Positions 6,990 to 15,550 are shown, numbered from the stretch's first letter. The stretch is 64,000 nt of DNA from Nanobdellota archaeon (GCA_027858295.1 JAQICZ010000014.1:1293-65292); one strand, 5' to 3'. The notes: generated from the letters alone by a model not told the origin. Numbers and translations: made by a program.

Positions 6990-9890
6990 ATGAAAAAGGT
7001 GCTATTAATAATCATAATCCTAAGTCTATTATTCTTACCAGTTATTGCAGCAAAAAACGTAGAAGTAATAATAGAACATAAAACAACTCAGTCAACAGTT
7101 CACAATCAACAATTTACGGTCAACAATTTACGGTCAGCAGTTCCCCCGCAAAAATATGAAATAAAAACAATTACAGAAGAAAAATTCGCACAACTAAAAC
7201 AAGATACTTCAATACTAGTTCAGGAGAATATTCCAAAACATATTTTCCTTAGCGAATCTGTCCCATTAATCGAAGCAGATAAAGTTTGGAATTTAACAGA
7301 AAGCTCAAGCAATATAACAGGTGAAGGTCAAACAGTTTGTATTTTAGATACTGGAGCACAAACAACACATCCAGTCTTAATAGGAAAAAATGCAACCTGT
7401 AATATAGATTGTATTAACACCGACTGTATAGAAGATTGCTCAAAAACAGATCCCAATGGCCATGGAACACACGTCGCAGGAATAATTGTTTCAACCGACA
7501 CAATCTATCACGGAGTAACACAACAAACAAAATACATTCCAGTAATGGTTTGTGATTCTGGAGGAGTTTGCTCAAGCCTTGATGTATTAGAAGGAATTGA
7601 TTGGTGTATTACAAACAAAGATGCATACAATATCTCGGTAATCTCAATGAGTCTCGGAGTGGGACAAGAGACCTCCTATTGTGATAATAGTTACCCCGAT
7701 GACGCAGCAGCAATAAATAATGCAGTTGCTAATAACATCACCGTCGTGACTGCCACAGGAAATTTAGACGGCGCACATGGAATCACTAATCACTCTGCAG
7801 GAATCTCAGAACCTGCCTGCATTGAAAATGCAACAAGAGTCGGAAACACAGACGATACCGACAACATGGCAGACTCCGGTTTAAGACACAATTTCTTCAC
7901 AGACATAATTGCCGCACCAGGTGTGAATATTCATTCAACATGGTCTTCAGATAGTAATTCTGGAACTGTGTGTGATGGACAATCCTATTGTATTTCAACA
8001 GGAACCTCCATGTCAGCACCTCACGTCTCTGGAGTAATTGCATTGCTAAACCAATACAAAAAATTAGAATCAAATACAATCCTTTCACCATCAACAATAA
8101 AATCATTATTGCTCTCTTCAGGTGTTGAAATCGATGACATGTCAGAAAGTGGAATAAACTATTCAAGAGTAAATGTCTACCAAGCAGTCAACTATGCTAA
8201 CAACTCTATTTTAACAAAAATAAATTCCCCATCAAACAATTTAAACACAAATATTAGCAATATTACTTTCAATTGCTCAGCCGACTCCTTTAATGAAACA
8301 GAAATTACACAAATGCAATTAAACATTTTCAAAAACAATTCTATATATTATAACGAAACAAAAATTACTTCTGCCCTAAAAACCACTCAAACATTTACTT
8401 TCAATTTCACAGAAGAAAACTTTTACACTTGGAATTGTGAATCAATAGATTCAAACAATATAAAAAATTCCACTCAAAATTATTCTATAACTTATGATTC
8501 CTCTAATCCACAAACAACTCTTACAGCACCAAACGACTCTCTATTAACCTCAATAGGCAACCAAACATTTTCTTGTAACGCAACAGACAATTTACAACTT
8601 ACAAACCTAACCTTAAACATTTACAACTCAACAGGACTCTTCTATAACACAACAAACTCCTCTCCAACAAGCAACACCCTAATCATTAACAAATCTATAA
8701 ATCTCTCAACAGCAGACACCTACACTTGGAACTGCCTAGGCTACGATAACCAATCGCTCTACAATCAAACAGTAAACAGAACTCTCTCAACCTCATCAAT
8801 CCAAGCAACTCTAACACCAACAAATAACACATTCACAAACATAAATGAAACAACCTTCAACTGCTCCGCCCAATCTACAAATAATTTATCAAACATAACA
8901 CTAAATATCTATAACGGTACACAGTTAACAGTCTACAGTCAACCAGTAACCGGCCTTTCAAATTACTCAACCTTCAACCACACCTTCCCTTCGGAAGACG
9001 GCCAACCGTCAACCGTCTACCAATATAACTGCCTAGCAACAAATAACCTCTCACAATCCTCCACAACAGAAAATTACACTATCACCTACGACATCATAGC
9101 ACCACAAATAAACTTAACCTCTCCCACAAACGGAGCTTCAGAAGGAACAACATCAACATTAACAAAAGAGTTCAAATACAATGAAACTGAAATAAACAAA
9201 AACTTTTGTAATCTAACATTAAATGGGGTTTCTAAATCTTCTTTTACACAATCACTCTCACCAGCAACATATACTTGGTCTGTGAACTGCACCGACAAAG
9301 CCAATAATACAAATACATCAGATGAGCGAACTTTCATAGTAACACAAACTATTATTAATACTCCCTCAACTAGCAGCAGCGGCGGAGGCGGCTCATCAAC
9401 ACCTAGAACATACACCCCAACAGAGACCCAAATAAAAGAAGGCTACAAACAAACATTAAGAGAAAAAGAAATTATAAGTTTTAAAATAAAATCAAGTTCT
9501 CACAAATTAACATTAAATAAAATAGAGAATGGCCTTGCAGAAATAACTCTAGAATCTGACCCTATAACCCTAACACTTTACCTCAACTCCACAAAAAAAA
9601 TAAACCTAGACAACGACGAAACCTTCGACCTAGAACTAACACTTCTTGAAACAAATTCCAGAGCAGATATTAAAATAAAAGAAATCAACGAGACTATTCC
9701 AGTAAAACACATCCTAACCCCCGAAGCAAATAATATAAATGATACAAAAGAAATTCCAATTTCAACAACGGAAAACAAAACAAAAGAAATAAAACTCTTA
9801 GAAGAAAATAACAACCTCTTGAAGCAAATAATAGTACTACTAGAAAGAATCATCCAATTCTTTAAAAAATTATTCCCATTTTACATGTAA
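6990..9890 (+). CDS. Secreted subtilisin-like serine protease (S8) with a long Ig-like repeat tail and a C-terminal beta module.
   Basis: Signal peptide MKKVLLIIIILSLLFLPVIAA. Catalytic triad motifs are CILDTGAQ (Asp), GHGTHVAGII (His) and GTSMSAPHVSGVIALL (Ser). Repeats of about 95 aa follow, with FNCSA/FSCNA and YTWNC. Confidence 0.9.
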   Translation: MKKVLLIIIILSLLFLPVIAAKNVEVIIEHKTTQSTVHNQQFTVNNLRSAVPPQKYEIKTITEEKFAQLKQDTSILVQENIPKHIFLSESVPLIEADKVWNLTESSSNITGEGQTVCILDTGAQTTHPVLIGKNATCNIDCINTDCIEDCSKTDPNGHGTHVAGIIVSTDTIYHGVTQQTKYIPVMVCDSGGVCSSLDVLEGIDWCITNKDAYNISVISMSLGVGQETSYCDNSYPDDAAAINNAVANNITVVTATGNLDGAHGITNHSAGISEPACIENATRVGNTDDTDNMADSGLRHNFFTDIIAAPGVNIHSTWSSDSNSGTVCDGQSYCISTGTSMSAPHVSGVIALLNQYKKLESNTILSPSTIKSLLLSSGVEIDDMSESGINYSRVNVYQAVNYANNSILTKINSPSNNLNTNISNITFNCSADSFNETEITQMQLNIFKNNSIYYNETKITSALKTTQTFTFNFTEENFYTWNCESIDSNNIKNSTQNYSITYDSSNPQTTLTAPNDSLLTSIGNQTFSCNATDNLQLTNLTLNIYNSTGLFYNTTNSSPTSNTLIINKSINLSTADTYTWNCLGYDNQSLYNQTVNRTLSTSSIQATLTPTNNTFTNINETTFNCSAQSTNNLSNITLNIYNGTQLTVYSQPVTGLSNYSTFNHTFPSEDGQPSTVYQYNCLATNNLSQSSTTENYTITYDIIAPQINLTSPTNGASEGTTSTLTKEFKYNETEINKNFCNLTLNGVSKSSFTQSLSPATYTWSVNCTDKANNTNTSDERTFIVTQTIINTPSTSSSGGGGSSTPRTYTPTETQIKEGYKQTLREKEIISFKIKSSSHKLTLNKIENGLAEITLESDPITLTLYLNSTKKINLDNDETFDLELTLLETNSRADIKIKEINETIPVKHILTPEANNINDTKEIPISTTENKTKEIKLLEENNNLLKQIIVLLERIIQFFKKLFPFYM
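7085..7147 (+). repeat. Degenerate heptanucleotide array (9 units) inside the subtilase CDS, just after the signal peptide.
   Basis: aactcag tcaacag ttcacaa tcaacaa tttacgg tcaacaa tttacgg tcagcag ttccccc. Confidence 0.8.
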
Positions 9891-10034
9891 CCATTAAACA
9901 ATAATTTACCACATCCTTCTCCCAAAAACACCATTTTGAATTATTTTTGCGTTTAGACTAGGCATTTTATTACGTTGTGTAGTTCCTCTACACGAGGAAT
10001 GAAATAACGACGTATAAACCAAAAAAAACCAAAA

Positions 10035-10487
10035 TTAAATGCAAGTACCAGAGGCGTCAGGATAACCCCTCCCCTCATAATCACAAGTCAAACCCTCTTC
10101 ACAAATAAAACCAGCAATACCACCACACATCCCACCTTCAACAACTTTCTCACGAGCACATTTAGGCTGAACTGGACTTTCACAGAACATCTCCGTACAT
10201 CCACCAATCTTTCCATCAGTAATAAAACAGCTATTACAACCATCAAAATAAGAAGAACATTTATTCAAATCAATAACCTCTCCACTCTCCAAAAAAACCA
10301 TATGCCCAAAAGCACACTGCCCCTCGACAAAAACGTCACCGCCACTTTCCACACAACCAGCAAAACTATCCATCGCCAAATCTCTTCCATTAAGAACAAA
10401 AAATAACAAAACCCCAAGTATAACCAACACAACAACAGAACCAACAATCATATACACGCCTTTCCTCTCCATATAAATAACAAACAT
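10035..10487 (-). CDS. Small Cys-rich membrane-anchored or secreted protein. The start may instead be an internal Met at 10472 or 10451.
   Basis: N-terminal hydrophobic segment IVGSVVVLVILGVLLFFVL followed by many Cys residues (..CGGIAGFICEEGLTCDYEG..PDASGTCI). No family recognised. Confidence 0.5.
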   Translation of the reverse strand: MFVIYMERKGVYMIVGSVVVLVILGVLLFFVLNGRDLAMDSFAGCVESGGDVFVEGQCAFGHMVFLESGEVIDLNKCSSYFDGCNSCFITDGKIGGCTEMFCESPVQPKCAREKVVEGGMCGGIAGFICEEGLTCDYEGRGYPDASGTCI

Positions 10488-10527
10488 TCCACTTTTATAA
10501 AGAATAGTGAAACATGTTAGTTAAAAT

Positions 10528-10660
10528 TTCACAGTCAACGGCAAACGGTAAACAGTCAACGGTCAACGGTTCACGGTCAACAGTCAACAGTCTACAGTCA
10601 ACGGTCAACAGTTTACGGTTCACGGTTCACGGTCTACAGTCAACGGCCAACGGTCTACAC
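10528..10660. repeat. Heptanucleotide tandem array, 19 units, consensus TCAACGG / TYWACRG.
   Basis: The array was parsed unit by unit. The 67-aa ORF at 10514..10717 is only its translation. Confidence 0.95.
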
Positions 10661-10774
10661 TTTACTCAACCCAATTTTGAATTATTTTTTATCAAGATGT
10701 GCTTAAATTATTTTTAATAAATCGTCTGATTGTTAAAAATCATTTGAGGGCATATTGGTAAAAAAGAAACAAAA

Positions 10775-11695
10775 TTACTTAGTCGTAAACTCGACAGTGA
10801 CCAAATCCTTAAGCCTATGATTAAGCCCAACAATCTGTCCACCAAACTTAGACCCAGGACCCCAAATCTTAATCTTCTTAACCCTCTTAGAAAAACCCTT
10901 CAAAATCTTTTCAGCCACGTCTTTAACCGTAGAATCAGGTGTCAGAATTACAGGCAAAGGCGACCTTACTTTTCCAGGCTCTTTAGTATGAACTCTTATA
11001 ATATCAAACGACTCAAAAATCTTCTTCTTCAACTCATCAATTCCATTTTCCGGCCAATGAGGAATACAAGAAATCATTTGAAATTTATACTTATTACTCT
11101 GAAAACGAGCCTTCAATTTCCTCTTCTCCTTAGGAGTCAACAAATCAATTTTATTTAAAACAATAATAATTTTACCCGTAACCATGTACAACTTCTCCTC
11201 AAGCTCCTTAATATCCTCAAACTTATCAACCATCATCAAAACAGTATCCGCAGTATGCGCCATAGACTTATCAAAATAATCCCCCTCAACTGCAGGAACC
11301 TCAATTATTTGAACTTGACAATTCATATAATGCATCATCCCAACCTGTGGCTCATTAGTCGTATACTTAATGTTAGAAACCCTAGGCCCTGCATTAGTCA
11401 AAATATTCAAAAGAGAAGATTTCCCAACATTCGTCTTCCCAACCAAAATAGCCTGCATATCATCCTTACGAATCCCAACCTTCGTTCCCCGACCAGACTT
11501 CTTCTTCTTCTCAATCTGTCCCTCAAGCCTCTTCCTCTTCGTAGTCAACTGCTGTCTCAAGTTCTCAGCACCCTTATGCCCAGGCATATGGGAAATCATC
11601 TTACTCAAGAACAACAACTGCTCCTCGACTGTAGAAGCTTCATAAAAAGCCTTCTCAGCCTTCACATATTCCGGGTCATTTACATTAATTGGCAT
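10775..11695 (-). CDS. DRG/Obg-like GTP-binding protein with a C-terminal TGS domain.
   Basis: P-loop GKTNVGKSSLLN, NKID G4 motif, and a C-terminal TGS-like segment. The start is placed at MPINVNDPEY (Met 32 of the track ORF). The upstream part of that ORF is heptamer-repeat DNA. The start coordinate may be off by about 1 nt. Confidence 0.85.
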   Translation of the reverse strand: MPINVNDPEYVKAEKAFYEASTVEEQLLFLSKMISHMPGHKGAENLRQQLTTKRKRLEGQIEKKKKSGRGTKVGIRKDDMQAILVGKTNVGKSSLLNILTNAGPRVSNIKYTTNEPQVGMMHYMNCQVQIIEVPAVEGDYFDKSMAHTADTVLMMVDKFEDIKELEEKLYMVTGKIIIVLNKIDLLTPKEKRKLKARFQSNKYKFQMISCIPHWPENGIDELKKKIFESFDIIRVHTKEPGKVRSPLPVILTPDSTVKDVAEKILKGFSKRVKKIKIWGPGSKFGGQIVGLNHRLKDLVTVEFTTK

Positions 11696-11813
11696 AATTT
11701 CTCGCTTACCGCAAACAGCTAACCGCTTACCGCACAACATTAAATAGATTTCGCCATTTTTAAGATTTCGCAGACTAAAAACTATCAATGCCCCTTAGTT
11801 CAAAGACGAAATG

Positions 11814-11904
11814 GCTCGCGGATTGAACGGATGTTACGGATATATCAAAAACAAAATAGTATCGTCCCCTGCCCTCATCCGTCAAATCCGTTTCATCCGC
11901 GAGC
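11814..11904. repeat. Inverted pair of a 28-nt element containing CGGAT three times at 9-nt spacing.
   Basis: GCTCGCGGATTGAACGGATGTTACGGAT at 11814..11841 on the plus strand. Its imperfect reverse complement is at 11877..11904. A third copy lies at 12360..12387. Confidence 0.8.
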
Positions 11905-11923
11905 AAAAATGCCTTAATAAAAA

Positions 11924-12298
11924 TTAAACTCTAGCTCTATCAAAAATCTTCCGCTTAAACTTAGCTTGCCGACCATAATTTAAAATTAAACCAATTTCCT
12001 TATCAGTAGCTCTTAAATAATTTAATAACTGAGCTTCATCAGAAACAGAAAGCTCCCTACTGGCCTTAATTTCAACAACAACATTTCCCCCAACTACAAA
12101 ATCAGCAATATAATCACCAACCACAACCCCCTCATAATAAACCTTAATCGGAAACTGATTTTCATAAGTTAAACCAGACTTCTCAAATTCAATCATCATA
12201 GCCCTCTCATAAACCTTCTCCAAAAAACCATAACCCAAAGTATTATACACCTTGTAAAATATTCTAATAACCTCCTTAGTTATCTCTTCATGCTTCAT
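11924..12298 (-). CDS. GxxExxY protein (PD-(D/E)XK_3-like small protein).
   Basis: Carries GYGFLEKVYERAM (the GxxExxY motif), VVVEIKA and GLILNYG. Confidence 0.8.
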   Translation of the reverse strand: MKHEEITKEVIRIFYKVYNTLGYGFLEKVYERAMMIEFEKSGLTYENQFPIKVYYEGVVVGDYIADFVVGGNVVVEIKASRELSVSDEAQLLNYLRATDKEIGLILNYGRQAKFKRKIFDRARV

Positions 12299-12359
12299 AG
12301 AATACCCCTCTTCTAAATATTAATAAGTTATATCAAAAACTTTTATCCCTCATATCTCA

Positions 12360-12408
12360 ATCCGTAACATTCGTCCAATCCGCGAGCAAAAATGCCATAA
12401 TAAAATAA
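12360..12408 (-). repeat. Direct-repeat partner of 11877..11925, flanking the GxxExxY gene.
   Basis: Both copies end in ATCCGCGAGCAAAAATGCC(T/A)TAATAAAA. Confidence 0.8.
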
Positions 12409-12411
12409 TTA

Positions 12412-12590
12412 CAAAAAAAAAGGAGGACTCAAAACCGAAATTTCTTGTCCTCCAACCTAAGAACCGAAGCTCAAAGGAATCCAAAACCGAAGTTTTGAAT
12501 CTCTACCTCAACCGAAGTTGGGCAGGAGACCATACCGAAGTAAGGTCCTCAGTCAACCGAAGTTAACTGGAACTAACCGAAGTTAGTAAC
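12412..12590 (-). ncRNA. Candidate ncRNA made of 7 consecutive hairpins, 6 capped by UUCG (CGAA on the plus strand). It ends in a GC-rich stem plus a U-tract.
   Basis: Stems on plus-strand coordinates: 12572..12587, 12550..12569, 12528..12547, 12507..12522, 12479..12500 and 12456..12477. The terminal hairpin GGAGGAC...GTCCTCC is at 12422..12453, followed on the minus strand by T9. Confidence 0.6.
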
Positions 12591-12608
12591 AAACAAAGAA
12601 AATGTCAG

Positions 12609-12617
12609 TTAATAAAG
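12609..12617 (-). promoter_or_regulatory. TATA-like box CTTTATTAA, 21 nt upstream of the first hairpin of the minus-strand hairpin RNA.
   Basis: The same box, (C/G)CTTTATTAA, lies at the same distance from the plus-strand copy at 34661..34668. Confidence 0.5.
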
Positions 12618-12817
12618 CTTTGGATTAGCAAGATTATCCAAAGTTTTCTCTAAAATACCGCCTAGTTAAGTTAATCATTATCTTCATTATCTCTTCATTT
12701 GTCTTTAATACTCCGATACTCCTTATCTCATAGCACAATCTTTTAAATTCGACATCATTTTCAATTCTCATCCACAATATAGTGGAATATGCATATATAA
12801 AACTTTCCACAATATAG

Positions 12818-13072
12818 TTGATGACCAAACGAAGTACAACAGAAATAAAAATATCTATTCTAAGAACGCTCACAAACACAAAAGATTGTTCATATGGAGA
12901 ACTAGAAAGAAGAATTAATACAAATTGGAAAACCATTAGAAGTCAATGCCAAGAACTAGAATTATTTAAAACCATAAATATATCCGAAGACAATAGAATA
13001 AACATAACAAAGAATGGCCAAATAATTATAAAAGAATCAAAAGAAAAATATCCTTCTAAAAATTATAAATAA
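12818..13072 (+). CDS. Small putative winged-helix DNA-binding protein (84 aa).
   Basis: ISILRTLTNTKDCSYGELERRINTNWKTIRSQCQELELFKTI has an HTH-like pattern. It overlaps the antisense ORF 12634..12936, which looks less protein-like. Confidence 0.45.
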   Translation: MMTKRSTTEIKISILRTLTNTKDCSYGELERRINTNWKTIRSQCQELELFKTINISEDNRINITKNGQIIIKESKEKYPSKNYK

Positions 13073-13196
13073 AAAACCAGCAACAACCACCTCAAAACTA
13101 CCCTGCCATGACGAACAATTCCCTCGCTCGAAAAGCAACATTAATTCAACTGTCCTTATATCAATCTACCTTATGCCTTCAATATAAATAAATCCT

Positions 13197-13478
13197 CTAC
13201 CCCCTCAACTTCTTACGCACATAGATTCGCTCATCCCAAACATCAATCAAAGTCCTATGATTAACAAACAACTTCCACAACAAATAACCAAACAAAGCAA
13301 ACAATCCGAAGCCCAAAACAATCTTCAACAAAAACAAACCAACAGCCAATACAAAACTAAAAACCACAAACAAAATAATCAGCATTAAAACAATCCCACT
13401 AAAAATAAAAAGACGCCGCCCTTCGTGCCTCAACTTCTTTTCTAAATCTTTAAATTCCATAGACAAAGAAATATTCAA
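13197..13478 (-). CDS. Small two-TM membrane protein.
   Basis: Two long hydrophobic segments. It lies 17 nt downstream of 13495..14403 on the same strand. Confidence 0.5.
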   Translation of the reverse strand: MNISLSMEFKDLEKKLRHEGRRLFIFSGIVLMLIILFVVFSFVLAVGLFLLKIVLGFGLFALFGYLLWKLFVNHRTLIDVWDERIYVRKKLRG

Positions 13479-13494
13479 ACACTTTTAATCTTTC

Positions 13495-14403
13495 TCAATG
13501 AGAATAAACATAAACATAAACCCAATACCTCTCATAATCTAATCTCTCACTTGCAAGATATGTCTCATGACTAAACTCATCAGGAAACACATACTCCAAA
13601 ATATAGGTCTTGTCTCCAACCTCTACAATTTCATTTAATTTATTCTCCTCCAGAAAGCTCTCATTCAAAGAAAAATCATTAAAAAATGTAATATTATTAC
13701 CAAAATCAAATCCAAACTCCTTGCTCTTATTATTATTAGCCAAATAATAGCCATCTTGATTAATTACAAATATATTCTCTTTCTGCAAATTTCTCACATT
13801 ATCCAAAAAATAATCTGCATAAATATTCATAACAATTATTCCAACTGATTTATTTTTCTCATTAAATACAGGAGTAGAATAACGAACTACAGGAACATAA
13901 ATCGGATTTTCCTCTGTCCCTTTATTCTCTAAAGCATTATTCTCAACATTTAAATCTAAAGTAGATATAAAAACCTCTCCCTTCTGCAAACTCATTGTTT
14001 TAATAAAATAATCTCTATTACTTTTATTTTGTAAATCCTCCCTCAGAATGGCTTTCAAACCATCATCTTCAAAAATAACCTTAACTTTTTCCATTCCAAA
14101 TTCATCAATATATCTTAATTGATAATACGCAGTTTCACCTCTCATAAAATTCAAAAAATTATCCTCCATACCCACATAATCCAACTTGTCAGTACTATCC
14201 ATGTCTGCAAAGAATACAGTCATCTTACTATTATAAAATAAAAAAGATGTCGCATCTAAAGCTAAACCCTCTAAAATAATTTCAGAAAAATGAATCTCTG
14301 TTTCCATTGTACTTTTTTTCTGACAAAATGAACCTAAAATAAAAACACTTGTGATTATTAAAACAATTAAGACATAAAAAAATAAAGAAAATCTCTTTTT
14401 CAT
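13495..14403 (-). CDS. Membrane-anchored extracytoplasmic protein with a Cache/PDC-like sensor domain and no output domain.
   Basis: N-terminal TM LFFYVLIVLIITSVFILG. SNRDYFIKTMSLQKGEVFIS and VPVVRYSTPVF...SVGIIVMNIYADYF resemble the Cache motifs DR.YF and G.l..di. Confidence 0.45.
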   Translation of the reverse strand: MKKRFSLFFYVLIVLIITSVFILGSFCQKKSTMETEIHFSEIILEGLALDATSFLFYNSKMTVFFADMDSTDKLDYVGMEDNFLNFMRGETAYYQLRYIDEFGMEKVKVIFEDDGLKAILREDLQNKSNRDYFIKTMSLQKGEVFISTLDLNVENNALENKGTEENPIYVPVVRYSTPVFNEKNKSVGIIVMNIYADYFLDNVRNLQKENIFVINQDGYYLANNNKSKEFGFDFGNNITFFNDFSLNESFLEENKLNEIVEVGDKTYILEYVFPDEFSHETYLASERLDYERYWVYVYVYSH

Positions 14404-14478
14404 TAGAATTAAAACAGAAACAACTAATTATAGTATACACCGAATATATTCTAACTGGCCTTTATTAAAGACTAACAA

Positions 14479-15507
14479 CTACTTACTCTCTTCCGGATAA
14501 GATCTCTTAGAAATCTCTTCCAACTCTTCCCGATTCTCATCAATCAAAGAAAGCATCTTAATAATTTCAGAAGCACAACCCATTTTAACATCAAGTGGAT
14601 GAACACTCTTTTCAATAACAGCCTTCTTCAAATCTTCAAAAGTAGCAAATTCTAAATTCCCACCAAACTTCTCAGGCCTTTCAACAACTAAACCTTCACC
14701 TCGAGTTTTTTTCAATTCAAAAATAATATTCTCAAAGAAAGCCATAATCCCATTCTCCGGATTACCTTCCTCAAAGTCAGCACCATTAATCTTCTTCTTA
14801 ATTTGCTTAGGAGTATCCAAGAGACCAATCTTCCCACCAGCGACAGAAGAACTCATCTTATCTCCAATCAACCCAGGAATCAACGGATTCAACAATTCAA
14901 TTCTTTTAGCATAACCAATTTGAGGTAATTTTTCTCTAGCCAAAACCATAATCTTTCTCTGATCAGTTCCACCCATCTGCATATCAACACCCAAATATTC
15001 CTCATCAATAGCCTGCATTAAAGGATAAATATAACCAGACAATTTAGGACTTCCACCAAGCTTAACAACTTCACTAGCAGCCTTATGACAATCATGAACA
15101 GAAGTCAAAGAAGACATCTTAAACAAATCCATCAGATATTCTTTACTTAATTCAAAATCACTTCCACGGACAAATTCTAACTTAGAAACATCAGCACCCA
15201 TTGCCTGAATCATCAACGGAATAATTTTAGAATAAAACTCATATCTCTCACTCAAAACTTCCCAAGGAGTATTATCAAGAGCCGCATGTAAATCAGCCAA
15301 AAGAATCTTAACCCTAAACCCAGCCTTCAATAAATCAGCAACCTTTAATCCCCAAATAAAATATCCAATATGCGGAATCCCAGTCGGAGCAGTTCCCAAG
15401 TAACACGACGGCTCTTCCTTATCCTTCAATAACTGCATCAAATCTTCACGACCAATAATCTCCGCCACATTTCTCTCAACAAGCTTAAATCTTTCTTCAA
15501 TATCCAT
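14479..15507 (-). CDS. tyrS: Tyrosyl-tRNA synthetase, archaeal/eukaryal type.
   Basis: It aligns end to end, from memory, with Methanocaldococcus TyrRS. Shared features are a class I HIGH-like PHIGY, ILLADLHA, and KMSSS within GDKMSSS. Confidence 0.92.
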   Translation of the reverse strand: MDIEERFKLVERNVAEIIGREDLMQLLKDKEEPSCYLGTAPTGIPHIGYFIWGLKVADLLKAGFRVKILLADLHAALDNTPWEVLSERYEFYSKIIPLMIQAMGADVSKLEFVRGSDFELSKEYLMDLFKMSSLTSVHDCHKAASEVVKLGGSPKLSGYIYPLMQAIDEEYLGVDMQMGGTDQRKIMVLAREKLPQIGYAKRIELLNPLIPGLIGDKMSSSVAGGKIGLLDTPKQIKKKINGADFEEGNPENGIMAFFENIIFELKKTRGEGLVVERPEKFGGNLEFATFEDLKKAVIEKSVHPLDVKMGCASEIIKMLSLIDENREELEEISKRSYPEESK

Positions 15508-15550
15508 AATAACTAAAAAGAAAAATCATTAATAAGCATTTCCATTAAAG

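Noticed and set aside
10514-10717. 67-aa plus-strand ORF (STANGKQSTVNGSRSTVNS...).
   Set aside because: It is a translation of the 19-unit heptamer array. The periodic peptide merely reflects 7-nt DNA periodicity, and I saw no start context.
11806-11841. tRNA 3' half suggested by GTTCAATCCGCGAGCCA on the minus strand.
   Set aside because: No complementary T-stem, acceptor partner or anticodon arm could be drawn. The sequence belongs to the 28-nt CGGAT repeat element, which is present three times.
12634-12936. 100-aa minus-strand ORF overlapping the putative wHTH gene at 12818..13072.
   Set aside because: Its N-terminal two-thirds is hydrophobic, low-complexity sequence antisense to a more protein-like ORF. 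A short 45-aa product from 12771 cannot be excluded, but nothing supports it.
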